From NCBI RefSeq assembly GCF_009914755.1, contig NC_060925.1: 64,000 nt of DNA; one strand, 5' to 3'. The first letter of the stretch is position 1. Every line of letters begins with the position of its first letter. Below are positions 1 through 14,388 of the stretch, piece after piece. The stretch comes from the human T2T-CHM13v2.0 reference genome, Homo sapiens. Made by a program: the position numbers and the translations under genes. The notes under the pieces are model-generated. The model was given only the letters and a program-made list of their open reading frames with translations, was not told the DNA's origin and ran no database searches.

Positions 1-249
1 GTGGTAAGAAGCAAGTAAAACCCACCTCGCCTAGGAGTGACTATGTCACACATACTGAGTCCATTTGTAACCTTCTAAAGCTCCTGCACTTAGAAGCTGA
101 GGAAAGAATGCTTATTGTGATTACTCCTTTGTGTGTGAACAAGAAGGCTGCAGGGGTAGGTGCCCAGGGGCTTTACTCTGCTTTTCTGTCAGCTAGGTCT
201 CCACCACATTCTCCACTGAGACCACATATGCATAAGAAGGGAATGTGAG

Positions 250-465
250 GCATTTGGAACCATGCAGACCCGGGTTCAAATCCTGCCTCTTCCTTTTATT
301 TGTGTGTTTGGCCATGGGCCACAGGTAATTAACCTCTCTAATCCTCAGTTTCTTGTTATAAAATATGAAGACCTCATTACTTCACAGGTTGTTGGGAGAA
401 TTAAATGAGACTATGTAAAAAGCACTTAGCATAGTGCTGATGCGTAACAACAGCTCAACAAATCA
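250..465 (+). mobile_element. MIR SINE (representative of dozens of MIR/L2 fragments across the window)
   Basis: Core motifs GGGTTCAAATCCTGCCTCT, CCTCAGTTTCTT, GGTTGTTGGGAGAATTAAATGAGA and AAAGCACTTAGCATAGTG, in MIR order. Confidence 0.85.
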
Positions 466-2865
466 GATTCTCCTCCTTCCCTGTTTCTCTGCATTTCATT
501 TTCCTCCTGCCCACCAGCAATATAATTCCCTCAGTATCAGCTTCTGCTGGTCAAGAAAGTGAAACTTTCCAATGCCAAAAGAAAACATATAAAACACAGA
601 ATATTTCCATCTGCTTTTGCAAGCAAGATTAAAACCTGGCTATGCCTTTTTAAATGTGCTTTGGGAGACTTCTTCTTATTCAGTCTCCTGAGTCATTCCC
701 TATCTCTTCTCTCACCCCTCCTCTATTCTCACATTACACCAGAAATCTCTCTAAAACACACGTGACCTTGTCACACCCCCGCTTAAAACCCCTCAGTAGC
801 TCCTCACTGCCATCTTCTGTCTTCAAGATTCACCTCAGGCTGTGTCTCCTCCAGGAAGCCTTCTTTGACCCTCACTCTCCTTTAGGATCCCACAACCCCT
901 GTGCACATTCTCACACTCTGTGTCCATGCTTTGTCCATCCTAGACTGTGGGCTCCTTACGGGCAGTTTTCTAGTTCCATGTCCCCAGAACCTGTCATCTC
1001 ACCTTACGTTTAGTAGATGTTCAGTTGATGTTTGTTGAGAAAACCAACTTACAAAGGCAGTGCTGATCTCATCACCAAGGCTCTAGGTTTATTTAGCTCA
1101 GTGTTTACGGAAGGCAGTGTGGGTGCTGGCCGTGGTCCTGAATCTGTAGGGGCTGAGGAGAGAAAATGTAATCAAGAAAACTTGGGTGTGGTGAATACAG
1201 TCCTTATTCATTCAAATAACCTCCAGACAGATGGCATTTTGTTTGGAAAGTGGAAGGAGGGCAGGGATTCCGGAAACTTCAGTTTCAGTCCTGGCTCTGC
1301 TGTGAACTCTCTACTCAAGACAAAAATCTTTCTGGATTTCCGTTTTTTCATACGTCAAGTGGAAATAAAACCTGACCCTCCCATGTCACAAGATTGTTCT
1401 AAAGAATACAAAAGATGATGTCTGTGAATCTCTTTGTAATCTTTTTTAAAGTGCTTGCCATGGAAGACCTCAAAGATTCCTCCCAGCCCTTTCAGTGCTC
1501 ACTGGTTGAGAGTTATCTACACTGACCACCTCCAATTCTTCACCTCCAGCTTGCTCCTTGGTTCACTCCCATGTGGCTTCTGGACTCATCATCCTGACAA
1601 AACAACTCTCAATAATGACCTCATGCTGCTAAACCTATTCTTCAATCCTCATTATACTTGCTCTCCTAGGACTATGTTTTTAGCACTCCAGCACTTACCC
1701 CAGGATATAATTATACATTCATTTATGTGCCTGTTTTATTAATACTTTCTCTTTAACTAGACTCCATGAGGACCCAGAGTTCCATGAGTGAACTCCATGA
1801 GGCTACAAACTGTGTCTGGTTTTGCTTGTCATTGCACTCCCAGGTCCTAGTAAAATGATCACAAGAAGCAGCCTCCCCCATGACTTGGAAGGTAGGCAAT
1901 GTGCCCAGAGCAGACCTGGCCATGTCCAACACTGGCAGATACCAAAAGAAATCCTGGAACCTCTATGGAAGTCCCAGATTCAACCTTCCTGTGCTCCACT
2001 GCCAAGGCTTCTGCCTGATGTGACTTGGAGCTCTGATGAGGCCTCTGCCTCTTGAGAAACACAGAGAGTACAAGGAGGACTGCATGGTGCCCAGCAGCAT
2101 AAGCACAAGAGGTGAGTATGTGGGGTAAGATCTGGAGCACCACTAAGTCCAGCTGCCCTGCTGTGTAGAGAAAGAAAACTAAGGCCAGAGAAGAAATGTA
2201 ATCTAAGATCTTACAATGAGTTAATGTCATTCACAGCCCAGAAAGAGCTAGAGGCAGGAAATGTGATCTCTCAGATCTCCTATGATCCTTGCTCTGGGAT
2301 ACTACGAGCCCTGGGCTGCCCTCTACTATAACACATGTCTGCCTGGGTTGCCATTGTCTGTTCACATGTTTACCTTCTCCTGGAGGACAAGGAGAGTGTC
2401 TGCTGAATCTTTGTATTCCCAGGGATAGCCCAATGCATGACACATAGTAGGACTAAACCAATGTTTCTTGACTAGACACTGGATAGCAAAGAGATTAGGA
2501 GAGTGGATGCCAAATGTTAAGAAGGCTGACTGGGAGCCAGCTCAGAATCCCTCTTAGCCTGAGACCCACCCACCCCCAAAGCCCAGAAATAGGAAATAGT
2601 CAGTCTCAAGCCTGAACATCCCCAAGATCCAGTAGTGGGCTCCATGGTGAAGTCCCTAAAATAGATCTGCTACTGAATTCCTGCTGAATTTCCAGGCTGT
2701 TCGTCCAAGAAAGCCAGTGCCATCCTGCAACCCCCTGGGAAGAAGAGAGCTTTAGAGTTTATGATTTGCCCTTACAGGTAACACAAAGCACAGAACATTA
2801 TTTGCATTTGGAAGCCAGGGAAACTGAGGTTCTTTCATCCATTCCATAAGGATGTAGAAGCAAGT

Positions 2866-3429
<564 letters not shown>

Positions 3430-4022
3430 TAGGGGCTTTGCAGTCAAACCCACAACTGTGAATTCCAGCTCCTCCACTTACAGCCATACATTCTGAGTCT
3501 ACGATGTGGATTTGAGTGGTTATAGAAGATATTGACTCTACCTTCAAGGAGCTTACAATCTAGTGATGGAAAAAATATGTTTACAAGAATTCTAGTGCCA
3601 GGCAGAATGTGATTCTAGTGGGAGGCTCACAGCCTACTGGGAGAAAAACTTAATGGAAAAGTTTCTCATTTGAGTCTTTAAAAATGCATGGGATTTTAAT
3701 GGCAAAGAAAGGAAAACATTCCTGGTGAAGACAGAAGAGAGCATGGGGCATGTTCCTGGAATGGGAAGTAAGTCTATTTGGCTGGAAGGCTTAGGGATGT
3801 GTGGAATATAAATGAGATCTGAGGCCATGAAAAAGGAGTTGGGAGAAAGAGAGATTTGAATGCCACTCAAGCGCTCAGAAAGGTTAAATAACTTGTCCAA
3901 GGACACAAAGAATCAGTGGAGGATCTAGGACTGGGCTTCAGGACTCTTTCCTTTCACCCCTCTGCCCTCATCTTCAACATTAATAAGGCATAGTGGCTGG
4001 CAGGGGCCGGGGGCTCTCCCAT

Positions 4023-4131
4023 TATAAAAGCACGTGAAAAAGAAACAGTCAGAATTAGTGTGGCTGTAGGGGAGGAGCTCAGAGCCGTTTGACAAATTAA
4101 AAAGGGAATTTCAGGATGAAAGTAAGTAAGT
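4023..4131 (+). promoter_or_regulatory. Candidate TATA core promoter with short first exon
   Basis: TATAAAAG 4023-4030, CACGTG 4031-4036, Inr-like TCA with its A at 4051 (28 nt after the TATA start), GTAAGT donors at 4122 and 4126; motif evidence only. Confidence 0.25.
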
Positions 4132-5830
4132 ATGTTCTGTCCCACATCTCTACAAGTGGCATATTCTATTGCCCATCAAAGCCATGCTTAGAATGAGTAT
4201 TAATCTTTGCTATGGGTACATCATGTTAATATAGTTATCATAAATTAAACATCCCCACACACATTTTTTCTTCAGAAATAATTACCTTTGCTAAGACTTT
4301 TCATGGAAAATGCAAAGGTAAATTTCAGGCCCACTCACAACTTCTGAATTTTTGCAAATTTTGAATGTTAGTAGAGAGAAACTGAGATTGGAACCATGTT
4401 GATTGATTGAAATATTCAGCATCTGCAGAATAGTCTATCAGAATGTTTCAGAATCTCCCAGGCTCTAACATATTTGAGCAGGGACTCAGCCAGACCCAGG
4501 TCCAAGGACCCACTCAGATTCTACCTGTCTGTATGACCCTGAGACCCTCACACCACCTCTCTGGACCCACCTCATATCCTAAATATAAAATAAATCAGAT
4601 AATGGATTTGGAGTCCATCAGGGATCTCATAATCTAGAGGGGGAGACAGCAAAGGAATAAAGCAGGTGAAATAGGATGCCCCAGCTCTGCAGGGAGGATT
4701 CCAGGCCAGAGGTAGATAGCTATTTGGGTGTTGATGGGAGGCATGAGGCCATCTTTTCCTCCTCACACCCTGAGAGGTACTAAACCTAGGCTTTTATGTA
4801 ATTATGTCTTACTATTGTAAGGCAGGTTATTATGTCCCCATTTTACACAAGAGGTGAATGATGCTCAGAGAGGTTAGTTACTCACCAAAGGCAAAAGAAG
4901 GGGCAGATGCAGATTCAAAGCAACGCCTCTCTAAGGGTAAAGCATGAATGCCCCGTCTCTACACTATGCCACCTTCTGCGTGAAGTCTGCTGGGTGTCAC
5001 TGGAAATCTCATCTGCACATCCACCTTGGAATTCTGGGATATCAGCAGTCTTTCTACAGTGGGGCTCCAAGAACCTTGGGAGTAATGGCAAAGAGAACTT
5101 TATGACTGAGGCTCATGTAAGAGTCACAAATTAGAAGGGGAAATTCAGACTGTATCCACCCAGGATGGAGGACTAAGGCAAAGGCGCCATATGAGGTAAA
5201 AGAGCATGAAATGCAAGGGTCTCCCTAGGGAAACTAAAGAAGCCCCAAGGTTGGGAGGGGAGCTCCAGCTCAGGAGTTCAAAAGCAAAGTGGTGAGGAGG
5301 GGTTGTGCTGGTCCCAGGCCAAGGCTCTCAGGCACTTCCTGCTTCCCACCAGGATGGGTGAGACTCAAAGTGTGGCTGAGGACAGGGAGGGCCTAAATGT
5401 ACCTGGCTGTGGAGGGGTCTGAGATAGAGGAAGAAGCTGAAAGTTGGGCAGAGTCTGATGCTCATCCTCTTAGGAAGGCACACGCCTGATCAAGGAAGAG
5501 CAGTACCCAACACTTCTGCATCCTTCAAAACCCTACCTTGACTTCACTGGTGTTAAAATGATTTCCATGAATTCTTCCCTAGATTTAATTCATCCCTCCC
5601 TCTGAATTTCTGTTGAAACATCTTCTTGACCACATTGCCCTTCTCAATGTACATATCTATCTCCTTGTCCAGAGTGGGAGATTCTCTGGGGCACAGACCT
5701 ACATCTGAGGCATCTGTGGGTCTCTGGGGCCTCGCACAGAATCCTGCATGAGTACAAGCTCAGGGACTTTTTGCTGAAGTGGATGACAAAGAGAGCAAGC
5801 ATCCAAAAACGACTGCAGAGGCATGAGAAG

Positions 5831-5833
<3 letters not shown>

Positions 5834-5883
<50 letters not shown>
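5834..5883. repeat. (GT)25 microsatellite
   Basis: Perfect GT run. Confidence 0.98.
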
Positions 5884-5886
<3 letters not shown>

Positions 5887-6504
5887 AGGGATGCTTTGGG
5901 AGGAGGGACATGAGAAAAGGAAAGCTTTGTCTAGGGAGAGGAAGAGGCCAGGCTCTGCCGCTGACCCCTGTGGGGAGCAGAGCTCATTTCTCAGCTCCCT
6001 AGGACTGAGCTGAGCCTCTTGTCTGTACCAATTCCGGAAGTTGTTCAGCTGCCTTCACAGCTTTTAGGTGCTGTAATGGGGTTCGTCAACAATTACTGGT
6101 GTTTTCTAATGAAGTTCAACTAGTTAAAACCATCCTCAAGCTAATGAACATTGTTGGGGACTTCCAGGAAAAAAATGCAGATGGACACCCCATCCTTTGC
6201 CAAACAAGTCCTCAAATATTTAAATTGGGGTGATTGAGCAGACTCTTCTTCACAGCCATCAGAGGGATCTTCCCTAAGCCTGTCCACATCATGGCCAAAC
6301 TTAAATTTGAATTTTAAGGCAGTTAGCCCTCTGCCTCTGCCATATTGCTCTCCTCACCCTTTGCCAAGCATAGTTTGCTCACTTCTGTGTCTTTGCAGAT
6401 GCTGTTCCCTCTGCTAGAAATTCCTTCCCCATCTCCCCATCCCCACTTCATCTGGCTCAGCTGTCCCAAACACAGGGTCTGATGCATTTTAGGAATTGCC
6501 TTAC

Positions 6505-6850
6505 TTTGGGTTTCCCCAGAAGCAGATTCTAAAGCAAGGACTCAAGTGCAGGTAGTGAATTTGGGAAATGACCCCAACTGACACTGAAGGGACATTGAGA
6601 GGTGAGATAGAGTAGGGAAAGCACCAACAAAGATGCATTTTTCAAGCAAGTTACCTCCATGAGTAACTAGAACCTAACTCTGGGAGCCAGTGTAGGACTC
6701 CTGTCTCAGAGTTATCCCACCCAAAGGAAGAAGTGGGGTTTCTGTCCACCAGCTCCTATACACATTGGCTGAGAGCTGCTCTGGGCAGTGGGGGCCAGAG
6801 GGAGGTGTAGTGTTAACGCCCCAGTACTTCTAGCCTGCCCCTTGTGCTCA
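6505..6850. mobile_element. ERVL-class LTR relic (LTR33/LTR16-like)
   Basis: CCCCAGAAGCAGATTCT...CAAGGACTCAAGTGCAGGTAGT...TTTGGGA resembles LTR33-type consensus. Confidence 0.55.
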
Positions 6851-8213
6851 GAATTGGTCAATGCCAGGTGCATGTGAATGGGCACTGATGGCATCTGCTT
6901 CAGGCACATAAATTTTGCTGAATGAATGATTGACACACAAACAACTCAATAGTGATAATAATCATAACTAATATTTATTGTTTGGTATGTGTCGGGCACA
7001 GTTTAAGTACTTTGTACCTACCCACTTTCTGCATCCTTTTAATAACCCTTCAAGGTAAGCTATTATTACGTTCCTTTTACAGAGAAACAAACAGCAACAC
7101 AGAGAGCTGAGTAACTTGCCCAAGGTCATGCAGCTAATGATTGACAGAGCTAGGATCGAACCTTCGCAATCTGGCATGGAGGTGCTGCAATCACTCTACC
7201 TGCACACTCAGGAGATGCTCCACCTCAAAGGCCTCTGCCATCTCTGACACTCCCAGTCTTATAATTCAAACAACTTCCTCCAACCTCCCAGGACCACCTC
7301 ACTCTGGTGCACAGACCCTCATGGGCTCCATTTGTCTATTCCATGAAGCAAAAGCAGCCCCAGCATCCTGAGGGGAGCTTGTCTTCCTACCTTCCACTCT
7401 ACCCACTGAGCTAAGGATCTCAACACATTGGCTACAGGAAGCTCCAACCCAGAGCCGGGTCTGGGAGTCAGATTCATCCTAGCTCTACCATCTCCAGCAG
7501 TGTGGCCTTTAGCAAGTCACTTAACTCATTCAAGTCTCAGTCTCCTCATCTATAAAATGATGATCACAATCCCTGCCCTAAAGGGTTGTGGTGAGCTTGT
7601 GGGAAGGCCCAGGCATATAGTGAGTGCTCAAGGACAGGCAGTTTCACATTCTTTGCTCTGAAGAAGTACACAAATATATTTCCATTAGGGTAAAACAAAA
7701 ATATCTTAATGTTCACTTTATTCTAAGCCCTGGAGGCCTTTAGCAGGGCTGACAACTTTGTCTGGAGGATGGTAAATATTTGTCTATTTCAGAGGCAGTA
7801 TTTATCTTCTAAGGCATTTGTGCCAGTCCCCGTGCTGACAAGCAACTTGTTTATTTATTACCTTAATAACAAATACATTGTCAGGCCTGGAGGCTTTGCA
7901 CACACTGACTTAAGGATGGGCCGCTTTGAGCCCCAGCCAGCCCAGGCTCTGTCCCGCTCTGGGGGGTCTTGGGAGCTGCGGGAGTAGGGCAAGAAGGGAC
8001 CTGGCTGCCTTCCATGTCCTGCCATTTATTCTTTCATTTGTTCTACCCAAACCCCTCCCCTTATCGAGCCCATACTGTGAGACTTGCCATGGGCTGGCCC
8101 TGGGCTGCAAGGAAGAACCACACACAGCCACTGTCCTTAAAGGGTTCAAAGTCTAGAAAGAGGGAGATGATGGTGATAAAAATAATAAGGATAATAATAA
8201 TAATAATTAATAA

Positions 8214-8600
<387 letters not shown>

Positions 8601-10124
8601 TTATAAGTAGATACTATTATCCCCATTGTATTGATGAGGTAACTAAGGCATAGAGAGTCAAGGGGCTTACTCAAGCTTACCCCTACAAAACTCATTACAG
8701 TACACAGCAGGGGTAGATACCAAAACTACATAATAATTATGCAATAATAATACTTACATTTTTTATGATAGCCGCAAGGCTTCCTGGCTATTTTTCCCAC
8801 ATACCAGACACACTCCTGCCTCAGAGTCTTTGTGTTTGCTGTTTCCTCTTTCTAGAAGTCTTCCCCCAAAATCCACCTTGCTCATCTACTTCAAATCTTT
8901 ATTCCAAGTCACCTTTTCAGTGGCACCTCCTCCATTTACCATTGCTGCCCAATCTGACCCTCCAACCTCCTTTGCTTAATCAGCTTCCATAGCACTTATC
9001 ACTGTAGTATGTCCTACTTTTGTTTGCCTCTTCCCACTCAAGTGTACTGCCATGGGGCAGGGTTTTTTCTGCCTTGTTCTCTGCTACATTCACAGTATTC
9101 ACAGACAAGAGCCTGGCACATAGGAGGCATTCAGTTTGTTGAGTGAATGAATTATTCCTTACGGTTTAATCTCTACAGCCCTCCCCTGAACTGCTGGCAT
9201 TTCTCAGGATCCAGACACTGCTTCTCCTTTCTGGTGTCACCAACACACTCTCCTTGGAGGATTTCACACCTTCCAGGGATTCAGGTTCCAGCCTCCTCTG
9301 AGGACTCTCAGATCTTTGTCTCTAGACCAGATCTTGCTCTTGTGTTGACCTCTTTAGGTAAGCATCCAGGAGACTTCACCAGGGCTCCACCTAAGTCAGA
9401 GTCCAAAGCCTTCTCACCACCTTCTACCCACATGCACCCCTCCACCTGGGGAACCAAGTCCCAGTCACCCAAGCCAGGAGCCTGGGGGTCAAGCTTCAAC
9501 TCCTGCCCTCCTTCATCCCACTATCAACAGTCCCAGGTTCTAAAAAGCATCTCTGGTCTTCCCCTTCTCTGTCACCACCTCAATTCAGGCCATTATCAAA
9601 AGGGGACTATAGCTCCAGCCTCCCTCCGGGACTGCCACCAGTCCCTCCCTGTGAAACCATCCCCTATGGTGTTTCTAAAACACCAGCATGCCCATTTAAC
9701 TTCCCTGCTCCAGGCTCTTTAGTGGCCACCCATTGCCTACTGACTAAAGGCCAAGGCCATAGCCCCAACCTACCTTCCCAACCTTATTATCCCAGCCTTG
9801 GCATTCCCCCTTCCCCAAACACATCACGCACCCACACCTGTGCTTGGCTCACTCTTTCCACCTGAAATGTCTGTGCCCCTCTCCTCTGTGTGTAACACGC
9901 CTCCTCACCTTTCATGATCCAACTTAAATGTCACCTCCTGCATGCATCCTTCTCTGAGAGGAGAGGAGGGGCATTGTGAGGACATGGACACAGGAAAGAA
10001 TGAGACAGGTTTGGGCAATGGACCTTGCAGCTTCAGGGACCCTCCATCAGAGCTGGGCTCCTGGAATCTCCCGTGGGTGGTGAACTTACCACTGGCTTCA
10101 AGGTGGGGGTTGTAATTGGTCAGT

Positions 10125-10162
10125 GTGGGTCACAGACCTGACAGTGGGTCACAGACCTGACA
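10125..10162. repeat. Perfect 19-bp tandem duplication
   Basis: GTGGGTCACAGACCTGACA x2. Confidence 0.95.
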
Positions 10163-11089
10163 GACACACAAAGCACCTGGACCCTCAAGAGCTCATGTCA
10201 GAGGTGTCTGGTGCCTGAGACCATGGGGACTACCAACCACATGATACGCTCTGGGGAAAAGACCTTCCAGATATCTGAGGTATCCTCTCCTGCTGCTGAT
10301 CACGGGAGGCCAGGGCCCCAACAGTGATCCTGGGAGCTAGTGTGAGGCGGTATGGTGTGGTGGTTATGCCCATAGAGATCCTAGAGCTAGGCTGTCTGGG
10401 TTTGAATCCTGGCTCTACCACATTCTACTGCTGAGGCCTTGGATAAATTACAAAAATATTCTGTGCCTCAGTTTCCCTATCTAAAAAAGAAGAGTATTCA
10501 TTGCACCTACCTTATATGGTCATCATGAAAACTAAATGACTTACCACAAATCAAACATGTAAAGTATAGTAAGCATTATTTAGGTATGGTTATTATTGAT
10601 GTCATTATTCACACTGTGGTTTGTGGTTTGACAGGCGAAGCCCAGAAATGAGACAGAGCAATGACTGGGCATTGCCTTCCAGGAGGGGAGTGGCTTGAAG
10701 GGAGTGACCTTGGGGCCAGGTGGGTCTCCTCTGTGTCATTCTTCAGGACTCAGCTCCAACGCACGCTCTCCATTATTCAAGTAGCCCTCCCTGATCCTGG
10801 CCCTCCTGAGGTCCCCTGCAGCCCCCCACCTCTGTATCACCCTGTGTTGTCATTATCTGCTTATGTGTCTGTCCCCACACCCAGGCTGTGAGCTCCAAAC
10901 TGGCATGGTCCACCCCAGTGCAGCTCTTGGAGCCCCAGTGCCTTTCTTGGTGCCAGGCCCACAACATATGCTCCACAACTGAGCCGAGCTGCCAAGTCCT
11001 CCCCAGCCCAGAGCCTGTGGCCTGAAATCTAAAGCCTTTAATGCCTGCCTCAGAGCTGGGTGCCACAGGAGGGATCACGCCCTCAGACC

Positions 11090-11275
11090 TGGACATCTTG
11101 GGGGAAGGTTTGTTCCTTTCCAGAGAGTAATGCCTCCAAAGCCACTGAGACTGCTCATGAGCTGGAATTCAAGACCTGGGAAAAACCTAGGGTGTGTGTC
11201 TGGTAGAGAAGGATGGGGGCAGGGCCCACTCCCTGTGAGAATCTTCCCTGGGTAAAACTGGACATTTAACAACAG
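11090..11275. repeat. Donor segment whose inverted copy lies inside the L1 at 12067-12254
   Basis: Reverse complement aligns end to end with 12067-12254 at roughly 90% identity; near-identical peptides appear in ORFs 11075..11281(-) and 12046..12279(+). Confidence 0.95.
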
Positions 11276-11469
11276 GCTCAACCCAAGGCACTGACCAATC
11301 TGGAGACCCTGCTATGCTCACCATTAACCCTGCACTTGCTTGACCATGGGAGGGCTGAGGATCCTAGAGGAGATGACAAGACAGCTATTTGCCAGCCAAC
11401 ATAAAAATATTTCAGTATTTTGACAACCAGCAGGGCTCTATTTGTACAGCCCAGCTATTAGACCTGAAT

Positions 11470-13070
11470 ACAGCAACAAAGGAGACTCAAGCTCTTGTCC
11501 TCCAGGAATTTACTGCCCAGTGGGTTGCTGGGGAGCCAAGGCTGAGAGACAAGCAAGCAGTCATCACACAATGAGACAAATGCTATAAAAGAACTGCATG
11601 CAAAATGCTATGAGAGTCCAGTGAAGGAGGAGTGCCCAGGCTTGGATGAATCTGGGGCTATTGAAGAAGAAGGAGGTATTTTGGAGGCCTTGGAGTTTTA
11701 GCCAGCTAGATTAAGAGGAACAGTCACTGCAGGCAGTGAGAACAGCAAGGACAAAGGCCTGGAATTGGGCAGGTATGGGGCATGTTGAGGGAACAAGGCC
11801 GGTAAGGAATGTAGGAGACAATGGAGGAGGAGCAGGCAGGGGTCAGACTGTGAAGAGTGAGACTCATATGCCCCATCAAGAAGTTTGGAGTTTTCCACAA
11901 GTGCCACAATAAACATACGTGTGCATGTGTCTTTATAGCAGCATGATTTATAATCCTTTGCGAATATGCCCAGTAATGGGAGGACTGGGTCAAATGGTAT
12001 TTCTAGTTCTAGATCCTTGAGGAATCGCCACAGTCTTCAACCATTGTGTCCTCAACCATCATCCATCTGTTGTTAAATTTCCAATTTTATCCAAGGAAGA
12101 CTCTCACAGGGAATGGGCCCTGCCCCCATCTTTCTCTACCACACACACACCGTAGGTTTTTCCCAGGTCTTGAATTCCAGCTCGTGAGCAGTCTCAGTGG
12201 CTTTGGAAGCATTCCTCTCTGGAAAGAAAGAGAAACCTTCCCCCAAGATGTCCAACCATTGTGGAAGACAGTGTGGTGATTCCTCAAGGATCTAGAACTA
12301 GAAATACATTTGACACAGTCATCCCATTACTGGGCATATATCCAAAGGATTATAAACCATGCTGCTATAAAGACACATGCACACGTATATTTATTGAGGC
12401 ACTATCCACAATAGCAAAGACTTGGAACCAACCCAAATGTCCATCAATGATAGACTGGATTAAGAAAATGTGGCACATATACACCATGGAAGGCTATGCA
12501 GCCATAAAAAAGGATGAGTTCATGTCCTTTATAGGGACATGGATGAAGCTGGAAACCACCATTCTGAGCAAACTATCATAAGGACAGAAAAACAAACACC
12601 GCATGTTCTCACTCATAGGTGGGAATTAAACAATGAGAACACTTGGACACAGGGTGGGGAACCTCACACACCAGGGCCTGTCGTGGGGTGGGGGGATGGA
12701 GGAGGGATAGCATTGGGAGATATACCTAATGTAAATGACGAGTTGGCGAGTGCAGCATACCAACATGGCACATGTATACATATGTAACAGACCTGCATGT
12801 TGTGCACATGTACCCTAGAACTTAAAGTATAATTAAAAAAAAAAAGAAATTTGGAGTTTTATTCAATTGGCAGAGAAAAGCCAAAAGTGTATTTTAGATA
12901 GGCGAGTGACATGGCTGGATTTGGCAAAAAAACTAAATCTGGCTTCAATGTGGAGAGTGGGTTGGAGGGGGCCAGATGGGAGGCAGGGGGGCCAAGCAGA
13001 GGCTGCTGCAGGGCCCCCATTAGGGAGAATGTGGAGTGGCCAGTGAGACAGTTGAAAGATGGGGGGCATA
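11470..13070 (-). mobile_element. L2 relic interrupted by the L1PA insertion
   Basis: L2-type text (GGGTCAGACTGTGAAG...AAGAAGTTTGGAGTTTT|ATTCAATTGGCAG...GGCTTCAATGTGGAGAGTGG) reads continuously once the L1 and one TSD are removed. Confidence 0.7.
11895..12843 (+). mobile_element. 5'-truncated L1PA (approx. L1PA4-7) with complex inverted 5' end
   Basis: Forward ORF2 C-terminus, 3' UTR and poly(A) at 12253-12843; inverted L1 segment at 11900-12037; 17-bp TSD AAGAAGTTTGGAGTTTT (11878-11894) / AAGAAATTTGGAGTTTT (12844-12860). Confidence 0.95.
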
Positions 13071-13713
13071 AGTGAGCAGCATCTTCTCAGAAAAAAAAAT
13101 CAGCCACATTAGGCCAGTCTTGGTCAAAAGGAGTAGTTAATCTTCTGGATGGAGGGAACCACAAAGCATCTGAGAGCCAATGGGATCCTGATAGATAAGG
13201 AATTTAATCCTCATGCATTTAGCCAGACCTGGGAACAACAAACAGGGGCAGGTTATCGGCTGGGTCCCCGTAGTAGGCTCCCACGCCATGACTATCTATC
13301 TGACTCGCCCATTATAACCCCCAGACCTTGAAAAAGACAGGAAGAAGTAGCTCCAACTCACTGCACAAGGCTCAGTCGCCATTTATCTTTCAACAAGTGG
13401 CTCTGTGGGTCAGCATTTGTCATTCGACCCATCAGAGAACAGCTGCAAAGCATGGACTCGGAAGGCCGTGGTTTGAGGCTGAGCCACGGAATGAGTTCTG
13501 GGCCAGGGGTCCTGCTGCTGCCACTCACTGGCTGTGTCAAAGGGGACAAAGTCAATCCCCTGCATCTCAGCCTCAGTTTCCTCATCTTGAGAGGACTGTT
13601 ATGCATGTCACCTGAGGATGGCACCTCTGCTTGCTGTCCATCTTCTGCTTTGAGGTAATGGGCCAGCTACCCAGCTTCTCAGCTGGCACAATGACAAAAG
13701 CAACTATTCATTA

Positions 13714-14388
<675 letters not shown>

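Noticed and set aside
1761-1802. Three near-copies of CTCCATGAG
   Set aside because: Tiny slippage duplication within an L2 tail; not an array with spacers.
9147-9722. 191-aa plus-strand ORF
   Set aside because: Lies in L2-like decayed sequence; no domain or splice support.
12261-12787. ORFs resembling a reverse-transcriptase protein C-terminus
   Set aside because: Frameshifted remnants of truncated L1 ORF2 and 3' UTR, not genes.
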